Shown here: positions 25,247 to 39,448 of the stretch, piece by piece
How positions within the stretch are numbered: position 1 is the stretch's first letter
Layout of the letters: each line of letters begins with the position of its first letter
Assembly (NCBI GenBank): GCA_002633005.1
Contig: NMRA01000351.1
Span: 417,720-481,719, forward strand
Reading direction: 5' to 3'
DNA length: 64,000 bases
Source: Phoronis australis
Taxonomy: Eukaryota; Animalia; Phoronida
The notes under the pieces: generated by a model
The model's database searches: none
What the model was told of the DNA's origin: nothing
The model's input: only the letters and a program-made list of their open reading frames with translations
Made by a program: the position numbers and the translations under genes

Positions 25247-28200
25247 TCGGGAGTTCACTTATAAGATTGTCTTTGAAACTGTTGAATTTTATCCAGTTCT
25301 GAAACGAAAGTATAACTTTTGCAATGATAATTTCCGAGAATCAAATGCATGAAGGTTACATTGTTGTGGTAAGTACATTTCTTAAAACTAAAATGAAATT
25401 TGCATTTCACCCTGTTTAGCTATCAATGTTGAATTACTAACAGAAACCTTTTCGGCTTTAAAACGTTACCGCGTTCATCCGATCATCAATTGTTGCCGAA
25501 TAACAGGCAACTGAAGTCCCAGGTAGTGCGTACATGCACCATTTTTGAATTCGAACTTTTAGTATTGGTCAATCGTAATAAACTTTGAAACGCTTTTCTG
25601 AGTCGGTGACAGTTACGATATTCTTATTGGTAACGGAAATGGAATGGTATCCGGGCAAGGAATATTATGAGACGCGCCGAGTTTATGAGAGCAAAAGGTC
25701 TAATTCCGTTTTCGTAGTAGAAAGCTAACACGGCGAAATTTATGATTGAATGATAGTCATTAAGCCCCAAAATGTCGTCATTTTCTGTCATGTAGAAGTG
25801 AAATCTTTCCAGAAATTATGTTTTATTTATTTACCTTAAAACACAGTGTGTTTATGTATGTGTTAGTTCTTACAGAATATGCAAGCAGAGAAAAATGAAC
25901 CTCCTATTTCCAATATGATATTGCATTGAGAATTCTATGAGTAACCTCGGTCACATTTCTGGATCAAACACTCTCCATCTTAGAAGTCTGCTAGTGTTTC
26001 GGAGAGTTTAGTTCCGAGTTATGATCATGTTGAATATGTAAGTCATTTGTTGGGCTGCAACGTCTCTTTGCTTCCGTTAATGTTACAGTCCATCTGGTAA
26101 ATGAGGCCAAACTTTTGTCAAGTTGGCCCATGTTTTGGTTTCCCAAGCCATGAAAGGTTTCCGTCATTAGTTTAAAAAATACTTGTTTCTAATTCCTATG
26201 TGGCCTTCACGGATTTCTCCGAATAAGAATGTTTATCAACTTCCTAAGGTCAATTAAATCGAGACGTGAAATGAGACATCAGATCAACACGTTTTTATGC
26301 ATGGTTATAACGTAGTAGGAATGAAGTTGTTATTTTGACTCATTAAATCGCGCCATTTGTTTTAGTTGGATGTCGGCCACTTTTGACACGCCGATGTGCA
26401 AAGGAGTGTCCAACATGCCGCTATAATGCACGCCTCTGGTGATAAAAACTTCACTCAACTGCACAAAGCGCAGTTGTTCAACCATAGCATCGCCGTCGAG
26501 TTTTCGCTATCCAGTTATTGTTTGAATTAAATTGGTAACTATTAATCGTACGCAATTCCTCTCACCACCATGTTTAAGCTAATGAAACCAAGCTGCCATG
26601 ACAAGGAAGGTAATTACCCAGGGGCGGATCCAAGGTTTTGAGTTAGCGGGAGGCAGGGCAGAGTATTAGCCAGGATTTTGCCCGTCAGACATTCGCACCT
26701 CCGAACTCCCAAATGGAATCTGGGAGAATTTTAGTGGTTGCCATGGCCCCCATCCAAATCTGCCACTGTGATCCAGGTGTGAAACAATCAAGATCGCCAC
26801 CTGACACTTCGCCTCCCAAGCCGAAAAAATCCCTTCTTCTGTGAGTAAAGAACAAGGTTAGAAGTACAACCGCTAGTTGCCGAAATCAAAGGCATGACAG
26901 AAAGGCAAAGTTATTGGCCCTTTACAATCAAGACATTGATCCTCCAAACATATGAGAATTTTTACCTGAATTTCAAGTTCCCCATACCCATGTGCACGTA
27001 CAGTGTAATCTGTTCATTAAACAGCCTCCTTGCGGGTCTAAGTTCTAGATTCTAAGAAACGAATCCAGGCTTGAGAGGCAATGATAGGTCGATTGTGCAA
27101 TTCAAATTAGGTTCATTAAGTTACTTGCCACGGCGGGATAGTCATCAGTCGCCAAGGAATGCAGTAGGCCTATGCCCGCCAAGGAATACATGTACCTCGC
27201 CAAGCAATTTATTGTAACAAACTTCAGGAAACAAAAAATAGGCAGACGCGATGATGATGGCAAAGAGGGCAAATACACTTGTGAAGGAAGTTGAGGTTTT
27301 TAACTCCAGGACATGTACATGTAATTACAACAGGTGTAAATCAGACTGCAACCAAACAGCTAGTAACTCCTTGAAAAAAGCCGAAGATGATTTGTTTACT
27401 CGTACAAAAATGTCAGATTACACTTGATGATGCAGGATGTTATTTGTATGGAATTTCAAGCCTGTCACTTGTTGACGCTTACGGGTTTTACCTGGTAGGA
27501 CCTATTGCGTACAAGCTTGACTGAATAAGCGCAAACCTATTTCGTAACGGGTTAATGTGCTGCGAAGATGGATGCCCGCGACACAATGTAAAATTACTCA
27601 GGCTCGGGTAGGTCATGGTGCCCAAGAACGGGTTGGTCGTTTAGACTTGGACAGTCAGGTGTTTAAGTGTAGCAACTTTACTTATGCGTGGAATTTTTCA
27701 GAAATTAACAGAAGCAATGGTATCCGTTCTATTGCTGTCTTGTTATATTGACGTGAAGACTCCAGAGAAGAACCCTGGGATTCCCGGAGGGTGCTTGTCA
27801 TGAGGAATCTACATTTTGACGGGAATAACTTCCATATATAAAGAGATAGAAGTGACCCGACACGCTGTAAAAATAAACAGACAATGACCCTAAACACTGA
27901 CATACAGGATGTAAATAATTATCGTATTGCCATCAATCGATGCTATCCTAAGGAAGATACTGCATTGTTTTCACGTCGTAGCATGTTGTTTTCATGTAAT
28001 CTGGAACTTCAGTTCGTCCAAAAATATCGAAAACATTCACGGAACGACTTGCTAACCGGTACTTCTAAGTGGTTGCGAAACTGGTAATTGTTGCGGCGGA
28101 AATTACGACAGACTGTGGTTCGAAAGTTAGCTCAAATTGTTGCAGATCGCGCAACTCTACAAACCACTAATTGCCGCACTGAAAAATTAAAGTAACTTTT

Positions 28201-29155
28201 GTGACTACGGGTTGTGACTACGGGTTGTGCTTCGATGGTATGCTCAAATCTGTCGCAAGTTGAGAACTGTGGACGTATGTGCACCCAGACAGTTTATTGT
28301 TTGTACTTGTACTGCATGCGTATATGCTTGAAAATTCAACCCGACTTCAAAACACAGACGTTATGAATGACTTATGGTACCATGTGTTCACTGTACTGAG
28401 CAGTGACTGATGCGCTGCGAGATGAATAAACACAATGTGGGAAAGAGAATTCAAATAAAACCCGGGCGTGTATTTGGTAAATTGCGGTAAATTGCTTGAT
28501 AATTTACGTACACTTTTACCAAGACGAAAGGGCATAAACCGCAGTAGCCCACCGCGTGTCTGAAAGGCGGTTAGGGCAATTCGAATTTTAACCGCTATTT
28601 GTTTAGGTTTTGTCACTCATGATTATCAGTGTTTTAATATACGTATAGACATTTGTATTTTTTGTGGCGATCTGGTTTCAATCGTCTGCGCGGCACAGGC
28701 TGTTATGGAGACAAATGCGTTGGCCGTGCAATGCGAGTTGCGTTGTGCCAAGAAGTCTCGCGAGCAGACGGATAATTCGGAAGTCGGGGATTCCTAGCTG
28801 TTGGCGAAATCAACCTCATGTGATGTACATGTAAGCACGTGACTACTTGTTGAGCCTTCATTGGAAGAAAGAGAAGTTCAGACGACGACAGACACTCAAA
28901 ACTTCCCTGTCTGTTCTGAGAAGCGCGTCTTCGCTAACAAACACTCAAACGATAAGGGAGCCGCATCAAAAAAGGCCGTTGGACCTATTTTTAGAATTGG
29001 TGACATAAGCTCTTATTTCCATTTCGTCAGTCATGGAATTTACACCGTCGTGTTTCAAACATTGTAATATTACGGACAGATGGGAGGACAAACGGACTTT
29101 GTGGATAAGCTGAGAAACTTCAATAAGATTTTCTTGAAGTCGGTTGGATAATACG

Positions 29156-29228
29156 ATGGGCGAGAGGAGATTCAGAATTGTTCTTTGCCTGTTTTGGAAG
29201 ATCTATTTCAGCTCATTCCCGGTTGACG
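29156..29228 (+). CDS. Gene 2 (ADAMTS-type M12B metalloprotease) candidate first coding exon, signal peptide
   Basis: MGERRFRIVLCLFWKIYFSSFPVD then a strong g|gtgagt phase-1 donor, compatible with the phase-1 acceptor at 39243; implies a 10-kb intron. Confidence 0.55.
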
Positions 29229-32200
29229 GTGAGTGTTCCTTCATTGACAGGTTCAATGTGAAACGTTTACAAAGGGACCCATCAGCGTCTGATAGCAGGG
29301 TCAATGACTACTTCCCTGACTCAATTTGCATTTTTCTTAACTAACATTTCATGCTTCCATTCAAAAGTATTATTTAACAGCGCTTTCTGAGGATTCATTT
29401 AAAACTGATAACTATGTTATTTTTGTTGCAATGTTTACACTTCGTCGGTTGGTATTTAAAGAAATGAGTCTGCATCAAACTAATGGATTTGCACACGCTG
29501 CCTGGCACAGTGTGTGCTAGTATGAAATAACCGTACAAATAAATGGACATCATAAAACGTCCCATTTGACGAAAGGTTGACGACGGTAGTTAATTTATTC
29601 CATTAATTGTGACCTGTTTCGGTTCGGTTATGATGCTCAGTTGGGATATTGATCAAATAGCTTCCAGCGTGTTTTGCATTAGTTTTCGCCAGAATCTTTC
29701 ACAGTAAAGTAATCGGCTAATTAGCTCTCGTCTTGTCTGAGAAACGAAATAACGGCCACGTGCGGATTTGGTAATACACATACACTGAAGGATTTCAGTA
29801 TTCCAGTGTTACTTGTCTGTGACGTTTATTGACCACAGCCTTGTTAAAACCAGACATTTTACAACCTTTATGGAATTTGATGAAAAATAACGTTTCACAG
29901 TTGAACATTTGAATTTTGTTGAAGGGCAGTGTTCGCCCATTTTCCTAATGTAATTTCTAATTTCTAATTTCTAATTTCTAATTTGTTAAGTAGTGATTAC
30001 GACCTGTTGCTAGTAGAAGACTTTATGTTATCCGTCTATTATTCGTTCAATACTTCAATTCACATGGCGATACTTCGAATGAAGAAGCCTTCCAAAGAAT
30101 GAAAAGAAGGAGGTCGGGGGGCACCCTATCTTCACATCTACTACGATAATAATTCAACACAGAAAATATACACGACTAGAAGTATGTTGCTCATATATTT
30201 CCGAAGCCAGATTCTAGAATGATTCCCTACTAAACGATGCCTTTTCCAATTGAATTTTCGACGAGAAATTGCGCTTTCGTTTTTTTCCTACAAAATGGAC
30301 TACTTAGAAAAATTCATTGTTTCATCATTTTTAGACACAGTTTTTACCTTTATTGTTTTGGTTTCTTTATCGACAGCGGAAATAAGTTATTCCTTGTCAG
30401 GGTACATCGTTATCACTTGAGTTTTTATCGATCGTTAGGAATTTCATTGTATTTAAATTTTCTCTACCCTATTTCACAGTGGAATGTCTTGGAAAATGTA
30501 ATTCAACTACTTAATGTGAAGTATTTGAACAAAACCCTTTAAAAGGGTAACTTTTCATGCCCCATTTGCAGCTGCAACTGCTGCGGAATACACCCGGACC
30601 ACCCTATGGACCTGTATATGAAAACACGAAATATCCTCCATCTCACGTATTACAAATGTTCAACGTATATGTTGTGACGAAGAACATTTTTTAATTTTAC
30701 CGTTCTATCACGGATGAATGGACATCAGCTGATTGCTGTGGAAAATGTCTACTGCTTCTGGGCGCCACGTGCCACTAGTCCTACCGTATGTGTTTTGACT
30801 TTGACCCACACACCTCTTTGGAAATGACGCGTACTTCAAAAACGAACATCTTTTGCTGAAATGCTTCGCCTGCAGACACAAGCGCCATATCTTCGGATAA
30901 AGCTGTAGGCAAACATGCGCCGTAAACGTGTATCGTATATCAACTTGCTGGTTTGTCCGCCTTTTGCTCATTCTTAGTACCTAGTAAAGCCTCTATAAAG
31001 CATGTTCTGCCAACTTCTTCCAAAGCAAGGTCCTGGCGTTCCGATCATTTGTTTGAATTGAAATTACAGTTACTGAAGTTACTATAACAATAATTTTGCC
31101 AGTAGTTTCATGAGAGTAGTTACACTGCTTGGCGACTGAAACTAACCCACCGTGACAAGTTCCCACTTCACATTTCCAAGTAATTATGAGCTCATCAGGG
31201 TGTGGAAATAATTTTCTTTGATTTTGTGAGATTTAATTATCTTTCCGAAATAGTTGTGAGTAGCGTAAGACCAAATTTCTGACTTAAGTCACTTCTCATG
31301 AAAAACAGACCCAAAAAGGAAATGGCAACTTGACAATTCTTTTCAATGCTAGAAACTTGAGTAAAGGATCAAAGTGAAACCAATTTCATATCAGAAAGTG
31401 GCTATCGGTAGATATGCGTATCCATTGTTCACTTTGTTTTTCTTTCTTATAATAAAGATAATGGCAAACATTTATCGTTAATCAGATGGTGTGCGCCCAA
31501 GGTACGATATTCATGCGACCTGTGTTGTTATATCCAGCAAAGACACAACAAAGGAAAACCATGGTATTGTCCTATAGGCGATATCCATGCGACACAAATA
31601 CGCCCGTCGCGTGGATCTCGCAAGGTAAACAATAGCTTGCGACCTGCATACGACGTCATTTGGCATTGAATTTCAATCAAAAATTGTTTTTTAGCAAAAG
31701 GTGTTGGTTTGTCGTCCTTCTAATAAATTTCGTAGTCTTTATCTGTCGTTTTCTGAAGGAGAAGTCAACTAGCAACGATATGCGATTTTAAACAATCGTT
31801 GTATCACAGGCCAACCGGAAGGGAAATTTTCTACCAGCGGCAAATGGAGGGTGCAATTCACACGCTGTGCCTTTGTATCTGAACTCAACCTTAATACTTG
31901 CAGTTTTAGTAAAACTGAAATGTGTGTGCTTTCAAGCCTCAATTATACTTAAGTACATGTAGTCACCGTTTATTTCAGAGCTTAAAGTGATACCCGGTAT
32001 TATTAGCGCGAAAAATCTTTTTTGGATATCAGCCCCAGCGCGGTATCGAAACTGAAACTCAGGCACATGAGGTAAATCCCATTGAGTGTATTTTAAGTGT
32101 AATTTAGCGGGTAAAGTCACGTGCAACCTTGATTTCAGCGAATATCTGACAGGCATTATAATTACAAACACACAACGGATTTTATTGTCAAAGTTAATAA

Positions 32201-35187
32201 CTCGAAGAACTCCATCCCACCCGAAACCAATCCCAAAATTACGTTTTGTGGCCATAAATTGATAATATTCATTTAATGCGAAACATTGTTCATATTGTGT
32301 ATGAAGTAGGTAAATTCGTTTTAGTTCGAACATGTACAGACAGGCGAGCCTTTGCATAAAGGCCCGCATGTACGATAAAAAATTTCTAAAAACTGGACTA
32401 CTATACCTCGTCTTCATAATTTGTACTCCGCTAAGATGGTCCTGAAAATGTTTTAGGTTTCCTCTCACCCCTAGCCTCGTTCCTAGGCAGCCAGGTAGAC
32501 AGTTCATTTCAAATTTTTCATTGTCGAAGAATGCCCACTTAGTCAGATTACGAGAAGGGTGAAACTTAATTTTAACGTACTCCTTCACCTGAGTCCATTG
32601 TAATCAAAACCAAACTTGTGCCGTGTCAAGTCAATGTCAAGCCAGACATTTTAGTATTGGAAACCATTTACTATCATCTCGGCAAGAGACAGGTCTGCGG
32701 GGGATGATTGGGTGGTTTCCGTGGTTAGTTTGCAAATGGAAAGGGAATGTACAAACAATTAACAATTGGTGGTTTCAAAACAATAAGGCTATCTTTGATA
32801 AAATAATGAGCCACTCCTTAAACAATCCATTGCATGACTTCATTTTTTACTGTACTCTCCTTCACTGCAGAACATGAATTCCCAATATTTGTATCAAGTT
32901 GACAGGAATTACCCGCTGAACTCATTCATGTACTGTATGAGTTATGTTTATTGTCGAAGTTTCTTGGAAATTAGGAGCAAAAGAAGGCCAAAGGTTCACT
33001 GCCACCTACTGTTGTAGGTCGTTTGTGGAGGTTGAAAGTATTTCATGGCTGTGCCTATACATTCCAACTGCGCGCCTGTGTGCCCCATACCCAGACTAGA
33101 AGACACCTGCCGCCACAAATTCTCAGAAAGGCCCCTTAAAAGTACACGCACACGCCGCCGAAAATGTTCAATATCCGTTGACCAAGCTCTGTACCAGGTG
33201 AACAACCTTCAGTCCCGTGTCACTGGAGTTTGGTTCCAGGGAATGTTGGTGTGGACTACTATAGGGTGTCTAATCATTTTCACGACGTTTGATGTTCAAG
33301 TTGCTTGATCTGGCCAGTAGAGTGGACACGAATGAAGTTGAACGGAGGCAAGTTGCTCCAAGGTCACCTGTTCTATACGGTAACTCGTAATAATAAGACG
33401 TGTCCTTTTTGGTCAAATGACCATTTAATTATACTCCCTGGATTCTAATTGAGTAATTATGCACGAATCACTGCGGAAGTGACGCGATTTTTGTTTACAT
33501 TTTTGTTCAGAACGATTGACACGTCATTGTGTACGCCAGCTTGTAACAAGTTAGACCGAACAGCTGACGCTCTGGTCTGGTCCGACCAGACTACATGTAG
33601 TAAGGGCTACTTGTTGCTTTCGTAAGCAACAGCCGTTTTAGTGGCTCAAGGTATGAAGATGGTGTCACCCGTATGTGTGTGAGCAGTCACTGCATCACCC
33701 AAGGACTAGCAGCGCTCCACCGGGTACGTGATTCTTGTTTTTGTGGTCGCAGACTCCTGTCATATCCCGTCCATGTCAGATAGAATAATGGAAAAATGCC
33801 GCTCAGTTTTAGTTGAATACTCGTTCAATGCAATTTTCAAAAAATAGTTTACAATCAACAACTAATCAGGCCGCACGAATAATAAATTAGAACGAAAGTT
33901 AATTTAATGAATTTGAAAACGTACCTAGTAGGATAACCAGAAAATCGTCATTTTACCATAAATTACACTAAAAACGATTGCCTCCGCCTTTAAAGCGGCT
34001 TTGGGCTCTTGGTCTTACGTTTGACTTGGGACACTGTTCCTTACTCGGATTACAGGCGATTCGTTATTGCTCGACACCAAGGCTTGTCACGGCGGGTACA
34101 TGGTGTAAATCACCACTGGCCTACTGGTTCCTGCGTAGCACGGAAACCATTCCTCATACCAGTAAGAAACAAGTTAAGGCCATTTTTATAACCGAAATCA
34201 AAGCGTTCAACCTGGGATTTGTAGCGGCTTTGAGTAACGGACAGTTCAATTCCATCCAAAAAGTTGTGGCAAATGTTGCAAGCGAGCTGATATGGCGCAC
34301 TTTGGGGCTCCCGTTATCTACTGTTTCAGTGGTTCTGTGATGCTTTCAGATTGAACTATGAAAATTCGTTGGCGTGTCACACAGACGAATTTAGGAGGGG
34401 ATTGTAAGACAAAAACGAAACAAAAAGGCCCCCTTACGGTATCCCAGATCCGCCATTGAATCACAACTGGCTGCAGTATAAGTGTACAATTCTGTAATTG
34501 TCGTAACCTGGTCTTAATTGTGAGTGCATTGGTACTGCTATCTTGTCAGCCTGTTCTCGTTTATGTTATGAGCTCAAAACTTGACTCGCAGCCCTAAGCT
34601 AAATCGAGTAAATATCTTATTTGTTGTTCGAATCGTGCAGCGCGATTTGTTTCATTTCGAGTCGTCTGAACGCTGTCTGATCTCGAAGATTATAAATGCC
34701 TGAACCCTGGTGTCTTTCAGTTCTACTGAGTCACGATGATACACATTTATACTGAAAAACCAAAGAACATGCCGCTGATATGGAATATGCAATGTTGTCA
34801 AGGCTCATAAAAGTCACTTTCTCTTAAAATAACATTTGATATGGGTTATTTACTTTTATTCTCTAAACTGGCCTCTACAAGGTGTACTAAAAGTAATGAC
34901 AGTGCGATTTAAAAGGTTGCACATCGGAATAGGGGTTACAGGTTTTCACAAAAATGGACGTACGGTATTTATTTCGTACATGAAGTCCGATAGAAGTTAT
35001 AAAACTATCATAATCGGATATCATGTCTGCAGGTTTTCTCAGATGCAATGCATTTTTCCCGATCTCGAGTGGAGTGGGCGTTCAGTGAGCAATACAAGCT
35101 CATGTAGAAATAGTCGTACATGTAGTGGTGGCGAGGAGAAACTTACCTTTTGAAAGTACGATGACAAATTGACTCCTGTTTGTTTGT

Positions 35188-36606
35188 GTGCCACCAGAAA
35201 CACAACGTATTTTTATCAGTTTAGATCGAGTAGTTCTACTCGATAACTGCAAGTTCAGTTCTTGTACCTGACATCAGACGGCAAACGGAGGTGGTGAAAT
35301 TAATCGATGAAGTCATAGGTTCTCACACAGTCTGTTCAGCAGTTCACAACGCGCTTACCGGTGTCAGCTTATCACTTGACTTCATCATTTACACGAATAA
35401 ATCATCAAAATTCGATGCAAAACCCTTACAAATATATGTACATTGAGTTCTTTAAAAAGGAGTAATTTTATTTCGCTGTTACGGATATATAGAAAGTTTG
35501 ATCGTACCGTAGCCTACACAATTCGGTAGGCGAACTTACTGAGGTCGGTCGCTGGAAGTTTGGAACTGTTCGGTGATAAATTAGAATTATTCTTCCATGA
35601 AATACAGACAGGAGAGCATAGACTTGCAATTGTTTTCAGTTCTAAACACACTAAACACTTGTTGTAAACCCAGTGGCTCGGAACCCGATTAGGCCCGTCG
35701 GCAGGACTGGAGACATCACGAACATTAACCAACCGGGTTAGTTGGTTGCCAAAGTTGAAAATTAAACTTTCATTCACGAAAAGACTAGACCAGTGAACTA
35801 AAGAAATAATGTACACGTGAATTTACCGTAAAAACGCCGCAAATTTACTTACCCGTAGGAGGCCGCAAAGCTAGGTTCCCCTTCCCCAGAACGGTACAGG
35901 GCAAAGGTGTACAACAATGATTCGAAAATTATAAAACAAATCTAAATAATGATTCCCTTAACGGCTGACCATAGCATATATGAAATCGAGTTATTGTTTC
36001 ACAACGGCTTTCTGTCAGAAAACACTGAAGTAGCATGCGCTCACACGGCCTCTGGTGCTCAGTTTTATTGTATCTGAAGGTGCTAATGCAGTATATTTTA
36101 TTCATTGTTCATTTCTCAAAACACTTTGCACTCACGAACTCTTCAAAGGCGTTACAAGTTGCATCTATTGAGACATTCTTTCGAGAAAGTTTGTTTCAGT
36201 TTTATTAAACATTGATTAAGGTGCGAATGATTCATTTTGAAACAGAACAATTCCGGCCACAGACACGGAGATATTTCGAGGCCTCATACTTGGTATTAGC
36301 GGCACGCTTTTCTTTCTTTATGTCCGCGAACTACATTCGAAGCATTTCGGGTTCTCGAGAAAATTAAGAAAAACGTGTACCCGCCTTCTTCGCATTTTCA
36401 TGATTCGCACAAGCGGGAACGATACGCCACATCTTAGCGGTATAAACTCTGCTGAAGAACCACTGACGTCCCCGCGTCTTATAGTGACCTTTCTCACAGG
36501 TTAACGCGACACCTCTTGGCGAGGTGAGATCGACCGTATACGAGGTGATGTGGATGCAGACCGATTAAAACGATAAAAACCGAAATTAATCGGGTAGCAT
36601 TCTCCT
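35188..36606 (-). mobile_element. Kolobok-like family, copy 3 (inverted, one terminus eroded)
   Basis: Reverse complement from 36606 reads AGGAGAATGCTACCCGATT..., colinear with 7150 and 58367; THAP remnant IVPACANH...; 35190-35810 matches 59400-60050. Confidence 0.8.
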
Positions 36607-36947
36607 TCTTTATGTAAATAAACTAGAACCCTTGAATGGCAGATCCTCCAGGAACCACACCCTCGTGAACTTGACTTGGTTTTAATGCTGTAAAAATTCG
36701 ACATAGTGCTCTTTAAGTAATTATTTTTGACCAGAGCTATAAAACTACTGTACATAATCCGTTGTGTGATTTTGTTGCAAAACGCGAATTTTCGCCGTTG
36801 TGCTCCCCTATAGACATTCGCTGAAATCATGTCTGGTGACTTAAACAAGTTTGAACAACTCTTTCACATATAAACTCTGCCAGGGTGTTGGCCTGCGATC
36901 GCGAGGCTTACATGTTTCATTCCGCGCTTTGGATGAACTCCGAAAAT

Positions 36948-37494
36948 TATGATGGGCCGTTGGGGGGAAAGTGTCGCCGTAAAATTACGCTCGTAATTAC
37001 GAGCGTAAATTAAATTGCAGGAGTATCGCCGTACAATTACGCTCGTAAATTAAATGGGGAAAAGTTTCGCCGTAAAATTACGCTCGTAATTACGAGCGTA
37101 AGTTAAATTGCAAAAGTGTTGCAGTAAAATTACTCCCGTAAATTAAATGGGGGAAATGTCGCCGTAAATTACTCTCGTAAAATACCTTAAGAACGTTTCA
37201 AATTTAAACCAATCAGTGATGACCTAACATATCCGACTGTTGCTGAGCAGCTCGTTCTTGCACAATCGCTGACATGGTAGCAGCAATTTGATCCGCCATG
37301 ATTCAGCGCTCGTATCGTAGACATGAAATCCGTCAGTAAATAAGTATGTTTATGAGCGCGCGCGATCGTGGATTGTAAAAACCAACGTCATTGGCTATGA
37401 GTTTAAACTAAATTACGAGCGTAATTTTACGCCGTAAAGAATTAAATTACGCTCGTATTTTTCCGGCGACACTTTCCCCCAACGGCCCATCATA
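36948..37494. mobile_element. MITE with TAT...ATA ends and 6-bp TSD (IS3EU-like)
   Basis: TSD GAAAAT at 36942-36947 and 37495-37500; TIR TATGATGGGCCGTTGGGGG(G)AAAGTGTCGCCG; subterminal AATTACGCTCGTAA repeats. Confidence 0.8.
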
Positions 37495-38745
37495 GAAAAT
37501 TCCCTTTCTCGCCGAAAATATCACATTAAATAACGAAAGCAGCTGCGCACAAAATTGTTCGAGTCAGCAGTGAGACATCCCACGTGACTCTGATGGAGAC
37601 AGTAGGAGTCAGTGACGCAACCTTAAACAAGTTTCTGGATTAAAGTGGCGCTTGCAAGGTCAGGAATGTGATCGAAAGTTTCCTAATTTCCGAAAAATGC
37701 ACTCGTTATTGACAAAGTTTTCATACACAGGGTTTTGCTAAAGTGAAGACCCCTACGATTTTATGCTATAAACGGCACGCATGGTATAAAACGTACATGT
37801 ACCGGTTGTTTGCGACAACATTTTTGTAGACTAATGGTGGTCCAGTGCATTTTCAATCAAATTCTAGACAGAATCCTACAAGTCTTTAGAATGAGGAGAT
37901 TTTAATACGAGCCACGTGCCTTTCTTGGTTGTCACCAAGAAAAGAACATCTGACACCGCTAATCCAGACACTAACCCGGATACACCGGGCATGGTAGTCA
38001 TTTATTTCGCCAATCCTAAGCTGTCAGAATAAGTTGTGCCACGTGCCTTTCTAAGTCGACAATAAGAAAAAAGCTCGCAATTATCTCGAGCAACCGAGCC
38101 TTTATATAGCGGCTATCGAGCGAATTCCTCAGTTTAATTTCTCTGTCAGTGCTCGTATTCCGGATTTAATATACGGAAGTCAAGGTTACTGTACCGCACA
38201 CGTACAAATTGATGAATTTGGGGTGCACACAAATTTAGTTGAAGACTGGTGCTACTCTGAAACATAAAACATTCATATCTGTTTTGAAAATTGACAACTC
38301 TCATTTTTTGTGAACGCATATTGCGATAGTGAGGTTTGTTTTGAGATCAGTTCGAATAATGTGTCTGGGTTTCCCAGAACTGAAACAGTGTATTCAGTGT
38401 GCAGTCAGACCGAGGTCGGATTACACGTGACCTTGTTAATTGAACGTCAGTCACCATTTAAGAAATTGAGTAAATTGAAGCTGGGCATCAAACTTCATTT
38501 AGTGAATTATTTAGTTCCCATGCTTTGTAATCAGAAGAAAAGCATGCTGTTTGGTTTAATTCATGCCTGAAAGTTTTAAACTTTGAACCTCAATGCGCGT
38601 TTCCAAAATTAGAATGAACATAGGCCCAATGTTTTTTGATGTTTTTGCAAAGAAAACAGATTAAACCATCTAGTTAAAAACAAAACCCTGGCGTGCTCAT
38701 CAAAAGATAATTAAACGTTTCTGACGTGTTTATTTTTGTGGACGT

Positions 38746-39160
38746 TTATTCATTGAGACACACTAAGTTCATTTCGCAGTGTTCAGTTTGTAAACAAAGC
38801 TTGCAAATAGTTCTTGCCCTTGTGTTCCAGGATGATCGTTTTTTAAGACACATGATACACTTTAACTTAACTTTTTGCCATTTTGTTCTCAGTGGAATGC
38901 CTAGTACTTCTCGCACGTATACGAAAATTCTGCTCTTTAACTGTTTTGCTGTGAATAGCATCTTCGTACATGCATACGGCATCATACATCCACCAGATGG
39001 CGCAACGTGTGAAACCCCCAAATTCATCTGTAAATACCATCATTATTTTAGCTCTTTGATTATTACATTTTGGACTACTAATGCAACTTTTTGTGAATTC
39101 TTGAAGACTTGTAAACAAAGTTTCATTAAAAAATTCCACAAATATGCTAGATGACAATTG
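38746..39160 (-). pseudogene. Possible piggyBac-like transposase C-terminal remnant
   Basis: ...VREVLGIP...KCIMCLKKR...RTICKLC...EHCEMNLVC resembles the piggyBac Cys-rich C-terminus; frameshifted and weak. Confidence 0.3.
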
Positions 39161-39242
39161 CAAGACATTAATTGAGCGTTCACGCTGTACATGTAGGTAC
39201 AGTACAGTACATCCATAATATTTTACATTCTTTTAATTTCAG

Positions 39243-39448
39243 GGATATTTGTCCAAGAATCCGTTCCGGTGAACTTCAGTTCATTTGAGCGTGGTGTGAA
39301 CGACATTCATCCTAACAGACTGAGGTTGTCTTTCCGGGCACACGGTCTTCATTTCAACTTACATTTATATCGTAGTAACAACATATCTCTCGACAACATT
39401 CCCACGTTTATTCTCGGAAACCACTCTAGAAACACGCCGACCAACCAG
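39243..39448 (+). CDS. Gene 2 exon: prodomain part 1
   Basis: tttcag| and cag|gtaaat; ...RLRLSFRAHGLHFNLHLYRSN... resembles the M12B propeptide motif. Confidence 0.8.
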
